Assembly (NCBI GenBank): GCA_050248855.1
Contig: JBFWRP010000007.1
Coordinates: 132,152 to 196,151 of the forward strand
Direction: 5' to 3'
Origin: Planctomycetota bacterium
Lineage (GTDB): Bacteria > Planctomycetota > PLA2 > JAEUHO01
DNA: 64,000 nt
Both the position numbers and the translations under genes were made by a program. The notes under the pieces were generated by a model. The model saw nothing but the letters and a program-made list of their open reading frames with translations, had not been told where the DNA came from and did no database searches. Shown here piece by piece: positions 17,468 through 27,643 of this stretch; positions within the stretch are counted from its first letter, which is position 1, and each line of letters begins with the position of its first letter.

Positions 17468-18931
17468 TCAGCGGGTCTCGACCGCGCGGAGCATCAGCGG
17501 GATCGGGGCGAGGGGGCCCATCAGCTCGATGGCGAAGACGCGAGCCTCGTGCAGCGCTCGCGCGCGATCGCCGCCCATCGAGACCTGCACGGTGTCGCGC
17601 AAGTGAGCGTGGATGGTGTACGCCCGACGCCAGGTGCCGTCGATCACGGCGGCCATCGACAAGCCGACGTTGGCGCCCGTCCACGCGGTGAACGCGTCCT
17701 GGGCGTCGGCGCGGACGCGGTAGACCACCGTCGGCATGTAGGACGTGGGGTCCGTGGACACGTGGACGTCTTCGAAGATGTCCGTGGTCAGCACACGCTT
17801 CCCCTTGCGCGCCTCGAGCAGATGGGCCTGGGCCGCCGACGGCGGCGACACCGTGCTCTCGAACACGAGGTCGTAGCGCGGGTCGCTGGGTTGGTACATC
17901 TGACCGACGGCACGCGCGTTCTTGAAGCGCTCGACCTCGCGAGCAACGTAGGCATCGAAGCCCGCCTGGGTCGCCGGGAACTCGTCACCGGCCCCCTGCC
18001 ATGGCGCGGCCTCGGGCAACAGGCGAGGCGTGATCTCAGCGTCGGGCGTGGCACGATGCGCCGTCAGCTCTTCGAGCGGACGGACCTCGATGCGCAGCTC
18101 GGCCGGCATGCGGGCGGCGAACGCCGCCTGCAGATAGAGAAGTGCGGCGGGATCCGAGCCCGTCACGAGCAGGCCGACGCCCGCGTCACCACGGACGTCG
18201 ACGCCCTTGAGCTGGAGGACGTCGATTCGCTTGGCGACGGATGCCGCAAGAGCCGCGAGAGCCTCCTCGTCGCTCGCCTCATGGGGCGCCAGCCCTTGCT
18301 GGCGTACGGCATCGGCGCGGGCGTGGATGCGCACGGCGAACACGGGTGCAGCCGGAGCAGCGCCGGGCACGTCGCCGGCTTCGAGGAAGGTCGCAGCGAC
18401 GATGTCCGCGAGCGGAATGCGCGGGCCGTCGGGTGTAGGTGTAACGGGCGCCCGCAAGACCCGCTTCGTGTCACCCGTACCCACGGAGACGTCCACGAAG
18501 CGCGTCTGTAGGGGGCCCTGGTGCCCACCGAGGGGCCCGCTCAGCACGACGGTCCGTCGGGAGTGCCACCACTGCACGTGCTGCGTGTCGCCCAAGGCGA
18601 GGACGCGCGACTGCAGACCCTCACGGTTGCGTTGGGCCAGAGCCTCCCATCCTCCGCTTGCCTGCACGAGCGCGCGCAGCCGTGCGAGCTGGTCCGCCCA
18701 CTGGGTCCCCTCGAGCTCGCGGGCTGCGGCCTCCCCCTCGGCTGCGCTCTGCAGGTACGCCGAGAGCTTGCTCGGATCGCGGCTCTTGACCGCCTCGAAC
18801 CACGCTTGGCCATAGGCTTGCACCGAGCTCTCGTCGAGCGTCGTCCAGGAGTCGCCACGCGCCTGCCTCACGCTCGACACGAGGACCGTCGCGACCAGCA
18901 CCCCGAAGACGACTCTCGTCACTCCACGCAT
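17468..18931 (-). CDS. Exported protein with C-terminal SecD P1-head-like domain (paralogue 3)
   Basis: Signal peptide; DSWTTLDESSVQAYGQAWF; APWQGAGDEFPAT; C-terminal PTVVYRV...FTAWTGANVGLSMAAVIDG. Confidence 0.7.
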   Translation of the reverse strand: MRGVTRVVFGVLVATVLVSSVRQARGDSWTTLDESSVQAYGQAWFEAVKSRDPSKLSAYLQSAAEGEAAARELEGTQWADQLARLRALVQASGGWEALAQRNREGLQSRVLALGDTQHVQWWHSRRTVVLSGPLGGHQGPLQTRFVDVSVGTGDTKRVLRAPVTPTPDGPRIPLADIVAATFLEAGDVPGAAPAAPVFAVRIHARADAVRQQGLAPHEASDEEALAALAASVAKRIDVLQLKGVDVRGDAGVGLLVTGSDPAALLYLQAAFAARMPAELRIEVRPLEELTAHRATPDAEITPRLLPEAAPWQGAGDEFPATQAGFDAYVAREVERFKNARAVGQMYQPSDPRYDLVFESTVSPPSAAQAHLLEARKGKRVLTTDIFEDVHVSTDPTSYMPTVVYRVRADAQDAFTAWTGANVGLSMAAVIDGTWRRAYTIHAHLRDTVQVSMGGDRARALHEARVFAIELMGPLAPIPLMLRAVETR

Positions 18932-18986
18932 GGGACCTCCCTTCGGGTCCCCGTCAGGCTACGTCACCCAGGGGCGCCCCCGGGGT

Positions 18987-20411
18987 TCATGCCGGCGCGG
19001 CGAGCAGCTCCTGGGCCGCGCGCTCGCCGGCGCGCCAGCCGGTGGCAGCGGAGGCGCTGAAGGCGACGCCCCCGAAGACATTGCCGGCCAAGTGGAGCGG
19101 AGCCACGCGGCGTGAAGCGCGCTCGAGGTCGGCGTGGGCGGTCGCGGCGCGGTCGCGGTGGCCGATCGCGTACTGCGGAATGGCGTGGACCCAGGGCTTG
19201 GTGTGGCGGAAGACGGGCGGTGTCCGCAGACCGAAGAGGCGCATCACTTCGCTCACGGCGATGTCCTCGACCTCTTGCACGGACAGGGTCGTGATGCGCG
19301 GATCCGTTGCGCCCCCCAGCATCACGCGCAGGAGCAACGTGCCGGGCGCGCTCCGCCCGGGGAACACGTGCGTGTCCTCCAACACGCCCAGCATGCGGTA
19401 GCCCTCGTCGCGGGGAACGAGCGCGCCGAAGCCGACGGGACACCGGGCCAGGGCCTCCGCGCCGAAGCCGAGCGCCACCACGTGAAGCGGTGGATGGCGG
19501 ATCTCGGCCAACGCGCGGCTGGCGTCCGGGGCAAAGGACTCCATCAGCGGGGCCGCCGCCCAGCCCTCCGTCGCGAGCACGACGGCGTGGGCGTCGAGCG
19601 ACGTGCCGTCGGCGAGACCAACGCGCCAGAGGCCCTCGCTCCCGGGCACGAGAGCGGCCACCTCGGCGTGCGTACGCACCTCGATGCCACCGGCACGCGC
19701 CAAGGCCCGCGGCAGGCTCTGCAGGCCGTCCGCGAACGACGTCAGGACGCCCGACGGTCCCATCGGGCCGCCGCTGACCGTGCCCGCCGCCTTCGCGGCC
19801 TTGCGCTTGGCCGCAAGCGCCTTGAAGAGCGAGCCATGCTGGCGCTCCATCTCGCGCATGCGCGGGAACGCCGCCGCGAGCGAGAGGTGCCGCGGGTCGC
19901 CGGCATGCACGCCGCTCACCATGGGCCCGACCAAGCGCGTGGCGGCTTGGCGTCCCAGACGGCGCACCGCGAAGTCGTGGACGCTCTCGTCGACGTCACC
20001 TTCGAGCGGCTTCACCCAACGCTCGCGGATCAGGCGCAGCAACCCGAGCGGCGAAAGGACACCACTCATGGCGAAGGCCAGCGGGTGGGGCTTGAGCTCG
20101 CGCGGGCGCCCCCCGCGCACGACGTAGCGTCGCGCGGCCGCGGCTCGCGCGGGCAGCTTCTGCAAACCGGCGAGGGTGGCGAGCCGGTCCAGGATCGGCT
20201 CGTTGTCGAGGAAGCCGGTCGGCCCCTCCTCGACCAGCCAAGCACCTTCGCGACGGCTCGAGGCCTTGCCGCCCACGTCACGCGCCCGCTCCAGCAGCAG
20301 CACCTCGATGTCGCCGCGACGGCCCGCGCGCTCGAGGGCGGACGCGGCCGCGTGGGCCGCCGCGAGGCCCGAGATGCCTCCGCCGACGACCACGAGGCGT
20401 CGCCCGGTCAT
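18987..20411 (-). CDS. hemY: FAD-dependent protoporphyrinogen oxidase (HemY/PgoX)
   Basis: VVGGGISGL, GGK, EEGPTGF, SGVHAGDP..LS, AIPQY; last gene of the hem operon. Confidence 0.93.
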   Translation of the reverse strand: MTGRRLVVVGGGISGLAAAHAAASALERAGRRGDIEVLLLERARDVGGKASSRREGAWLVEEGPTGFLDNEPILDRLATLAGLQKLPARAAAARRYVVRGGRPRELKPHPLAFAMSGVLSPLGLLRLIRERWVKPLEGDVDESVHDFAVRRLGRQAATRLVGPMVSGVHAGDPRHLSLAAAFPRMREMERQHGSLFKALAAKRKAAKAAGTVSGGPMGPSGVLTSFADGLQSLPRALARAGGIEVRTHAEVAALVPGSEGLWRVGLADGTSLDAHAVVLATEGWAAAPLMESFAPDASRALAEIRHPPLHVVALGFGAEALARCPVGFGALVPRDEGYRMLGVLEDTHVFPGRSAPGTLLLRVMLGGATDPRITTLSVQEVEDIAVSEVMRLFGLRTPPVFRHTKPWVHAIPQYAIGHRDRAATAHADLERASRRVAPLHLAGNVFGGVAFSASAATGWRAGERAAQELLAAPA

Positions 20412-21832
20412 CAGACCGTCCGGCTGAAGACGGGCTTGTCACCGCCCTCGTGGCGTTCGCGCCAGTAGCGGTCGAAGCACATGGCCAGGTTGCGCAAGAA
20501 CATCGTTCCGAGCGGCGTGGCGCGCACCTCCGTGTCGTCGACGTGGGCCAACCCCTCGTCCACGAGCGGCGCCAAGCGCGCGAGGTCCTCGGCGAAGGTC
20601 GTCGCGAAGTCGACCGCGAAGCGCTGCTCGACGTCGCGGATGTCGACGCGCGTATTGCACATCAGCTCCTGGATCACGTGGCGGCGCAGGAGGTCGTCCG
20701 GGCTGGCGATCACGCCGCGGTAGACGGGCAGCTGGCCGGACTCCACGGCCGTTCGCCACGCGGGGAGCTTCTTCTCGTTCTGGAAGTAGCCGCCCTCCAC
20801 ATCGCCGATGGACGACACGCCCAGGCCCACCACCGTGTCGCCGGCAACCACGGTGTAGCCCTGGAAGTTGCGGCGCAGGCGCCCTTCGCGCTTGGCCCGG
20901 GCCAGCTCGTCGTCGGGCTGGGCGAAGTGGTCCATGCCGATCGGCTCGTAGCCGGCCCCCAGGAAGCGCTCGCGGGCCAAGGCGAACAGATCGAGCTTGG
21001 TGGCGGCATCGGGCAGGTCGTCGGGGTGCAACGTCTTCTGGTGGCCGCGGATCCACGGCACGAACGCGAACGAGTAGACCGCGCTGCGGTCCACGCCGAG
21101 CGCGAGGACCTCGTCCACCGTCTGCTCGAAGGTCTCGGGCTGCTGGTAGGGAAGGCCGTAGATCAAGTCCACGTTGACGCCGCGAAACCCCAGCTCGCGC
21201 GCCGCCTCCACGATGGCGCGCGTCTGTTCGACGCTCTGGATGCGCTCGACCGCCTCCTGCACCTTGGGCGTGAAGTCCTGGACGCCGAGGGAGATGCGGT
21301 TGAAGCCGTGCCCGGCGAGCACCTCCAGGTGCTCGCGCGAGGTGACGCGCGGGTCGACTTCCACGGCCAGCTCGGCGTCCGCGCCACGCGTGAAGTGCCG
21401 GAACAGGCCGGTGAGCAGGCGATCCAGCTCGGCGGGCGCCGAGTACGTCGGTGTACCGCCACCCAGGTGCACCTGCCCCAGCACACGACGCCGGGGCAGA
21501 TGGCGGGCCAGCAGCGCTGCCTCCTGCAGGACCGTGTCCACGTACGGGCTGGAGAGCTCCTTCTTCGGCGTCACGAACACGTGGCAACCACAGAAGAGGC
21601 AGCGGTGCTCGCAGAACGGCAGATGGACGTAGAGCGAGAGCGGCTCGTCGGCCTTGGCATCCGCGGCGGCCAGATGCCTCTCGTAGGTGCCGGGCTCGAG
21701 CTCCTCGTGGAACTCGACCGCGGTCGGGTAGCTCGTGTAGCGCGGCCCCGGCCGGTCGTGGCGGGCCAGGAGCGCAGCGATCTCGCCACGCTCGCCGGGA
21801 CCGTGGCGGGACAGGGCGTCCTCGGTTCTCAT
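20411..21832 (-). CDS. hemN: Oxygen-independent coproporphyrinogen III oxidase (radical SAM)
   Basis: GPRYTSYPT, YVHLPFCEHRCLFCGC, GGGTPT, IGMDHF, RNFQGY. Confidence 0.96.
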   Translation of the reverse strand: MRTEDALSRHGPGERGEIAALLARHDRPGPRYTSYPTAVEFHEELEPGTYERHLAAADAKADEPLSLYVHLPFCEHRCLFCGCHVFVTPKKELSSPYVDTVLQEAALLARHLPRRRVLGQVHLGGGTPTYSAPAELDRLLTGLFRHFTRGADAELAVEVDPRVTSREHLEVLAGHGFNRISLGVQDFTPKVQEAVERIQSVEQTRAIVEAARELGFRGVNVDLIYGLPYQQPETFEQTVDEVLALGVDRSAVYSFAFVPWIRGHQKTLHPDDLPDAATKLDLFALARERFLGAGYEPIGMDHFAQPDDELARAKREGRLRRNFQGYTVVAGDTVVGLGVSSIGDVEGGYFQNEKKLPAWRTAVESGQLPVYRGVIASPDDLLRRHVIQELMCNTRVDIRDVEQRFAVDFATTFAEDLARLAPLVDEGLAHVDDTEVRATPLGTMFLRNLAMCFDRYWRERHEGGDKPVFSRTV

Positions 21833-22866
21833 CCGGCCACCTCCTCGCCGCTGTGGACCTCGCCGTGCACGACCTCGAGCAGGGCGCTGACGCTCTCGAG
21901 CGGCGTCTCGGGATGCAGGCCGTGGCCGAGGTTGACGATGTGCCCCCGCGCCGGCATGCGCATCAGGAGGTCGGTGGCAGCCTGTGCCGTGGCCTCGGGT
22001 CCGGCGAGCAGCGCGGCGGGGTCCAGGTTGCCCTGCAAGGCCAAGCCCGCGGGCGCACGCGCGCGCACCTGGGCGAGATCGCTGAGCGGACAGAGACCCA
22101 GGCCATCGACGGGCAGGGGGAGATGCAGGTCGAGGGCCTGCGGCGCGCCGCGCGGGAAGTAGATGGTGGGCACGCCGGCATCGCGCAGCGCCTCGAGCAC
22201 GCGACGCACATGGGGCAACACCTCGCGTTCCCACGTCGCCTCCGGGACGAGGCCGGCCCACGAGTCGAACAGCTGCACCACGTCCGCGCCGGCGCGATGC
22301 TGGTCGAGCAGGTAGGTGGTGGCGACCTCCGCAAGACGCTCCATGAGCTCGCCGAAGGCCTTGCTGTCCGACTCGAGGAGCGCGCGCAGGCGCGGGAAGC
22401 CCGGGGCACCGCGACCCTCGACGAGGTAGGCGCCGAGCGACCACGGTGCGCCTGCGAATCCGACAAGCACCGCACGGCCGGCGAGGGCGCTCTTCACGCG
22501 CCGCAGTGTGGCCATCACCTCGGGCGCGATCTCCCCGGCGCCGGGCCTGGGCAACGCACGGATGTCGGCCGCGCTACGGATCGGCTTGTCGATGCGCGGC
22601 CCGGGATCGAAGCGGACGTCCACGCCCAAGGCGGCCGCGGGCGACATCAGGTCCGCGAACACGATGGCCGCATCCATCGGGAAGCGCTCGAGCGGCAGCA
22701 GCGTGACCTCGGCCGCAAGGTCGGGGTCGGCGCAGAGCTCCTCGAAGGCATGCTGGGCGCGCAAGGCGCGGTACTCGGGCAGGATGCGGCCGGCCTGGCG
22801 CATCAGCCAGAGCGGCCGTCGCTCCGTGGACTCGCAGCGCAGGGCGCGGAGCAGCAGATCGTTCAT
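21829..22866 (-). CDS. hemE: Uroporphyrinogen decarboxylase
   Basis: PLWLMRQAGR, GFAGAPW, QLFDSWAG, QGNLDP, NLGHG. Confidence 0.96.
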   Translation of the reverse strand: MNDLLLRALRCESTERRPLWLMRQAGRILPEYRALRAQHAFEELCADPDLAAEVTLLPLERFPMDAAIVFADLMSPAAALGVDVRFDPGPRIDKPIRSAADIRALPRPGAGEIAPEVMATLRRVKSALAGRAVLVGFAGAPWSLGAYLVEGRGAPGFPRLRALLESDSKAFGELMERLAEVATTYLLDQHRAGADVVQLFDSWAGLVPEATWEREVLPHVRRVLEALRDAGVPTIYFPRGAPQALDLHLPLPVDGLGLCPLSDLAQVRARAPAGLALQGNLDPAALLAGPEATAQAATDLLMRMPARGHIVNLGHGLHPETPLESVSALLEVVHGEVHSGEEVAG

Positions 22867-23588
22867 GGCGTGAACCCCGGGTCCGTCGTGAAGCGGTAGC
22901 CGACGCCCCGCACGGTGTGGAAGTGCAGCGGCGCCTCGGCGTCGCGCTCGAAGCGCTTGCGCAGCCGCAAGATGAAGTTGTCGATGGTGCGCGTCGAGGG
23001 ATACACCTCGTAGCCCCACACGACGTCGAGCACGCGCTCGCGCGACACGACCTCCCCCTCGCACTCGGCCAGGAGCTTGAGGATCATGGCCTCCTTGTGC
23101 GTGAGCTCGTGGCGCCGGCCGTCCCACGCCGTGCCGACGTACGTCCGGAAGTCGACCTCGTTGCCGCCGAAGCGCAGCCGCGTGCCTGCGGCGCCCGGCC
23201 CCTCGTACCAGCGGTAGCGCTTGAGGATGGCCGCCACCCGGAGCAGGAGCTCGCGCAGCGAGAACGGCTTGGCAAGGTAGTCGTCGCCCCCGCTCTCGAG
23301 CCCGGCGATGCGATCGGCTTCCTCGGCGCGCGCCGTCAGGAACAGCACGGGCACACCCAGGCCTTCCTCACGGGCCGTGCGGCACACGGTGTAACCGTCC
23401 AGGCGCGGCAGCATCACGTCGAGCACCACCAAGTCGTGCTCCCGGGCTCGCAAGCGTTCGAGCGCCCGGGCGCCGTCGCCCACGACTTCGACGGCGTAGC
23501 CTTCGGCCTCGAGGTTCTCCGCGATGCCCGCGGCGAGGTTGGGCTCGTCCTCCACGACCAGGATGCGCGGGGCGGGAACGTCGGCCAT
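22863..23588 (-). CDS. OmpR-family response regulator
   Basis: ILVVEDE, LDVMLP, LTAR, DDYLAKPF, winged-helix RTIDNFILRLR..TVRGVGY. Confidence 0.95.
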   Translation of the reverse strand: MADVPAPRILVVEDEPNLAAGIAENLEAEGYAVEVVGDGARALERLRAREHDLVVLDVMLPRLDGYTVCRTAREEGLGVPVLFLTARAEEADRIAGLESGGDDYLAKPFSLRELLLRVAAILKRYRWYEGPGAAGTRLRFGGNEVDFRTYVGTAWDGRRHELTHKEAMILKLLAECEGEVVSRERVLDVVWGYEVYPSTRTIDNFILRLRKRFERDAEAPLHFHTVRGVGYRFTTDPGFTP

Positions 23589-24634
23589 CACGCCACTTCC
23601 TTGGCGACGGGCCACCAGACGCTGAAGCGCGCGCCCCGCCCTGGCCCCGGGCTCTCGGCGTCGACGCGGCCGCCGTCGAGGCTGACGAGCTTGTCCACGA
23701 GGTACAGGCCCAGGCCCGTACCGCGCGTACGACGACGCAGCTCGTCGTCGGCGCGCCAGAAGCGCGTGAACAGGTGCCGGCGCTGTTCGGCGTCAAAGCC
23801 CAGCCCGTCGTCTTCCACGTCGAGGCGCACCCGATCCCCCTCGCGTGCGGCCGTGACGCGCACCGTGGCGCTGCCCTGGGCTACGCACGACTTGACGGCG
23901 TTGTCGATCAGGTTGGCAACCACGAGCCTGACGCTGCGCGGATCGGCATGCGCGGCAGCGTCTTCGGAGGCCGTCACGGCGATCGTCACGCCGTGGTCCC
24001 CGGCCAGGAAGGGGTCGTGGCGGACGAGATCGGCAGCCAGGGCGCCCAGCCCGACGCGGTCGCGGCGCACCTGCACGTGACCGGCTTCGAGCCGGGCCAC
24101 GCCCAGCAGGTTCTCGACCATCGTCTCGAGGCGGTCGACTTCCTGGAGCATGCGCTGGCTCAGCTGCTGGCGCTTGGCGTCGTCCTGGGGTCGGATCCCC
24201 AGGGTCTCGGCGGACAGCTTGAGGCTGGCCAGCGGGTTCTTCAGCTCGTGCGTGACGGCGGCCAGCAGGTCCTGCTGACGCGCCATCAGCTGGCGCCACT
24301 GCCGAAGCGCCTGGGCGATGATCCACATCCCGGCGGTCAGGACGACGACGAAGAACGCACCCTCCCATCCGTAGCGCACCATGTGCCGGTGGCGCTCCTG
24401 CTCGAGCCGCTCGCGGTACCCGCGGTCCGCGGGGGGACCGTCGGGTCGTGCCTGGTCCAGGCGATCGGCTTCCCGGTCCAACACCGCGATGCGTTCGTCG
24501 CGCACGTCCGCCGTGTAGCGCGCCTGGTCCAGCAGCCACCACCCCGTCTGCACGATGCAGATCAGGAGCAGCGCCACGAACACCACTTGCGTGGTGCGCA
24601 GGCCGGCAAAGCGAGGGCGCCCGGCGTCCGTCAC
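23588..24634 (-). CDS. Sensor histidine kinase (2 TM, HisKA, HATPase)
   Basis: THELKNPL H-box, NLIDNAVK, DDGLG, FTRF, GTGLGL. Confidence 0.95.
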   Translation of the reverse strand: MTDAGRPRFAGLRTTQVVFVALLLICIVQTGWWLLDQARYTADVRDERIAVLDREADRLDQARPDGPPADRGYRERLEQERHRHMVRYGWEGAFFVVVLTAGMWIIAQALRQWRQLMARQQDLLAAVTHELKNPLASLKLSAETLGIRPQDDAKRQQLSQRMLQEVDRLETMVENLLGVARLEAGHVQVRRDRVGLGALAADLVRHDPFLAGDHGVTIAVTASEDAAAHADPRSVRLVVANLIDNAVKSCVAQGSATVRVTAAREGDRVRLDVEDDGLGFDAEQRRHLFTRFWRADDELRRRTRGTGLGLYLVDKLVSLDGGRVDAESPGPGRGARFSVWWPVAKEVA

Positions 24635-25908
24635 GAAAGCGCGCTCCCCCAGGCTGCTGCAAGCCGATCGACGTGCTCGGGCGTGTGCGCCAAGGAGAGG
24701 AAGCCGACCTCGTAGGCACTGGGCGCCATGAGGATGCCGTCGTCGAGCAGGCGGTTGAAGAGACCGCGGAAGCGGTCCGCGGCGTCCGCCGCGATGCGGT
24801 CCGGGCGGCGCGTGGGCTCGCCCACGGCGAAGTCGAGCCAGAACACCGAGCCCACGCGGACGAGCCGTACACCGTGCGGCTCGAGCAAGGGCCTCGCGGC
24901 CGCTTCCAGGCGCGCGCCCAAGGCTTCGAGACGCGTCCAGGCATTCTCGCGCCGAAGGACACGCAGCGCCGTGGCGCCCGCCGCCATGGCGACCGGATTC
25001 CCCGAGAGCGTTCCGGCTTGGTAGACGGGCCCCTCGGGGGCGAGCTGGCGCATCGTGGCGCGCGGCCCGCCGAAGGCCCCCACCGGCATGCCACCGCCCA
25101 CGACCTTGCCGTACGTCACCAGGTCCGGCGTGATGCCGTAGAGCTCGGCGGCGCCACCGGGGGCCACGCGGAAGCCGCTGATCACCTCGTCGAAGACAAG
25201 CAGCGCACCCGCTTGGCGCGTGAGCGTGCGCAGATGCTCGAGGTACGCTGGGCGCTGCAGCAGCAACCCGTGGTTGGCCGGAATCGGCTCGATCAGCACG
25301 GCGGCGATCGCTGCGCCCTGCTCGCGGAAGAGGCGCGTCGCGGCCTCCTCGTCATCCAGCGGCAGCACGATCGTCTGGCCGGCGAACGCGGCGGGCACGC
25401 CGGCCGAGGAGGGAACCCCGAACGTCGCCAGTCCCGAGCCCGCCTGCACGAGCAGATGGTCGGCGTGGCCGTGGTAGCACCCGGCGAGCTTGACGATCTT
25501 GTCGCGCCCCGTGACGCCGCGGGCGAGCCGCACGGCGCTCATGACGGCCTCCGTGCCCGACGACACGAAGCGCACCTGCTCGACGACCGGGCTCAGCTCC
25601 GCGAGGATCGACGCGAGCTCGACCTCGCCGGGGCACGGCAGGCCGTACGTGGTGCCACGCGCTGCCGCCTCGGTGATGGCGGCGATCACCTCCGGGTGCG
25701 CGTGGCCCAAGGCCAGGGGGCCCCACGAACCGATGAAGTCCAGGTACGTGCGCCCGTCGGCGTCGGTCACGTGGGCGCCGCGCGCCGACGTGATGAAAGG
25801 CGGCGTACCACCGACCGCTCGGAACGCCCGCACCGGCGAGCTGACGCCTCCGGGAATCAGGCGGCAGGCCCGTTCGAAGAGACCTTGCGAGCGGGGTCCT
25901 GCGGTCAC
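24631..25908 (-). CDS. hemL: Glutamate-1-semialdehyde 2,1-aminomutase
   Basis: PGGVSSPVRAF, SSGTEA, YHGH, FDEVISGFR, GKVVGGG, YQAGTLSGNP. Confidence 0.96.
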   Translation of the reverse strand: MTAGPRSQGLFERACRLIPGGVSSPVRAFRAVGGTPPFITSARGAHVTDADGRTYLDFIGSWGPLALGHAHPEVIAAITEAAARGTTYGLPCPGEVELASILAELSPVVEQVRFVSSGTEAVMSAVRLARGVTGRDKIVKLAGCYHGHADHLLVQAGSGLATFGVPSSAGVPAAFAGQTIVLPLDDEEAATRLFREQGAAIAAVLIEPIPANHGLLLQRPAYLEHLRTLTRQAGALLVFDEVISGFRVAPGGAAELYGITPDLVTYGKVVGGGMPVGAFGGPRATMRQLAPEGPVYQAGTLSGNPVAMAAGATALRVLRRENAWTRLEALGARLEAAARPLLEPHGVRLVRVGSVFWLDFAVGEPTRRPDRIAADAADRFRGLFNRLLDDGILMAPSAYEVGFLSLAHTPEHVDRLAAAWGSALS

Positions 25909-26909
25909 AGCCAGCCTCCTGCCAACGCGGCGCGCGCGTGGTACGTGATGACGGCGTCGGCGCCGGCGCGCCGCATGGCCACGAGGTTCTCGCGCACGAC
26001 GGCCGCTTCGTCCACCCAGCCTCGATCCGCAGCAGCCCGCACCATGGCGTACTCGCCCGACACGTTGTAGGCGAACAAGGGCAGCGGGCTCGCCGCACGC
26101 ACGCGACGGATCACGTCGAGGAACGCCAGGGCCGGCTTGACCAGGAGCGCGTCGGCGCCCTCGGCTTCGTCGAGCTGGGCCTCGCGCTCGGCCTCCCGGC
26201 CGTTGCGCACGTCCATCTGGTAGGCCTTGCGATCCCCGTGGCCGGGAGCGGACTTGGCTGCTGCGCGGAACGGACCGTAGTAGGCCGAGGCGTACTTCAC
26301 GGCGTACGACAGGATCCCGGTGTGTTCGAAGCCGGCGGCGTCCAGCCGCGCGCGGATCGCCGCGACGCGCCCGTCCATCATGTCGCTCGGGGCCACCACG
26401 TCGGCACCGGCCTCCGCGTGCGAGAGCGCCGTGTCGGCGAGCGGCGCCAGCGAGGCGTCGTTCAGCACACGCCCTTCGTGCAGCACGCCGCAATGACCGT
26501 GGTCCGTGAAACCGCAGAGGCATACGTCGGTCATGACGAGGAGGTCGTCGCCGAAGGCCTGCTTCAACGCACGCACCGCGGCAGGCGTGGCGCCGTCGGC
26601 ATCCCAGGCGGGGGACCCGTGCGCGTCCTTGCTGCCCTCGGGAGCGAGCCCGAACAGCAGCACCGTGCGCAGACCCAGCTCCATGTCGGCCTCGATCCGG
26701 CGCAGCAGGTCCGCGCGCCCCAGCCGGGCGATGTCGGGCAGGGCGTCGATGGGCTCGCAGCCCTTCTCCGCCGGCAGGACGAAGTGCGGCATCACGAGGT
26801 GCTCGGCGCCCACGTGCGTCTCGGCCACGAGATCGCGCCACACGGCCGAGGCGCGTCCGCGTCGCGGACGGCTCGAGGGACGCGGCAGATCGCTGGTCGG
26901 GTCCTTCAC
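25905..26909 (-). CDS. hemB: Porphobilinogen synthase (Zn-type)
   Basis: DVCLCGFTDHGHCG, APSDMMDGR, KYASAYYGPFR, LVKPA, YNVSGEY. Confidence 0.96.
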   Translation of the reverse strand: MKDPTSDLPRPSSRPRRGRASAVWRDLVAETHVGAEHLVMPHFVLPAEKGCEPIDALPDIARLGRADLLRRIEADMELGLRTVLLFGLAPEGSKDAHGSPAWDADGATPAAVRALKQAFGDDLLVMTDVCLCGFTDHGHCGVLHEGRVLNDASLAPLADTALSHAEAGADVVAPSDMMDGRVAAIRARLDAAGFEHTGILSYAVKYASAYYGPFRAAAKSAPGHGDRKAYQMDVRNGREAEREAQLDEAEGADALLVKPALAFLDVIRRVRAASPLPLFAYNVSGEYAMVRAAADRGWVDEAAVVRENLVAMRRAGADAVITYHARAALAGGWL

Positions 26910-27643
26910 GCGTTGGCCTCCATGCACACGGCACGCCGCCAAGCGGCCACGAGGCCCGCGAGGTCGCGCTGCTCGCTCTCGGCGAACACGTCGCGGCCCG
27001 AGGCGCGCACGGCCGCCGAGGTCGTGGGCCCGATCGTGACGAGCCGCAGCGTGTCGGGCACCACGGCGCGCGCCTGCAGCCCCCTCCAGGCCGATGGGCT
27101 CGCGAGGAACACCGCGTCGATGCGGAGCGCGGCGAGGTCCGCGCGCGCGCCGTCGGGCGCGGCCGCCGCAACGGTGCGGTAGAGCCCGACAGGCCACACG
27201 GGGATGCCCGCCGCGTCGAGGGACGCCACGCCGTCGGGTGCGCCGTCGGCGGCGCCCAGCCAGAGCACGCCGCGCGGGCGCGGCTCGAGCACGGCGAGGT
27301 CGCTGGCCAACGACGCTCCCGTGCCCGCCGACGCCACCACGTCGACGCGGCCGAAGGAGGCGCGCAGCGCCTCGGCCGTTGCCCGGCCCACCGCGGCGAG
27401 GCGCACGGCGGGCGAGGGCACGGTCGGCAGGGCGGCCGCGCGCCGGACGGCGCGCGGCGAGACGAAGGCCCAGAGGTCCGCGCCGTCCGCGTGCGCGCAG
27501 ATCCGCCGTGCGGCATCCTCGACCGCCTGGATCTCGAGGCAGGGGAGATCGACGCCCTCCAGGCCCGCGGCCGCGAGCGCCTGCGACCACCACGCGTTGT
27601 CCGCGGCCGTGCGCGTGAGGAGGATGCGCGCCGTCGCCGTCAT
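26906..27643 (-). CDS. hemD: Uroporphyrinogen-III synthase
   Basis: ILLTR, FVSPRAV, AVG.ATA, YRT, ASPSA, IGPTT; lies between hemC and hemB. Confidence 0.88.
   Translation of the reverse strand: MTATARILLTRTAADNAWWSQALAAAGLEGVDLPCLEIQAVEDAARRICAHADGADLWAFVSPRAVRRAAALPTVPSPAVRLAAVGRATAEALRASFGRVDVVASAGTGASLASDLAVLEPRPRGVLWLGAADGAPDGVASLDAAGIPVWPVGLYRTVAAAAPDGARADLAALRIDAVFLASPSAWRGLQARAVVPDTLRLVTIGPTTSAAVRASGRDVFAESEQRDLAGLVAAWRRAVCMEANA

Noticed and set aside
18932..18951. Hairpin gggacc...ggtccc over the RBS of paralogue 3
   Set aside because: A 6-bp GC stem is unremarkable at this GC content; there is no U-tract and no second copy.
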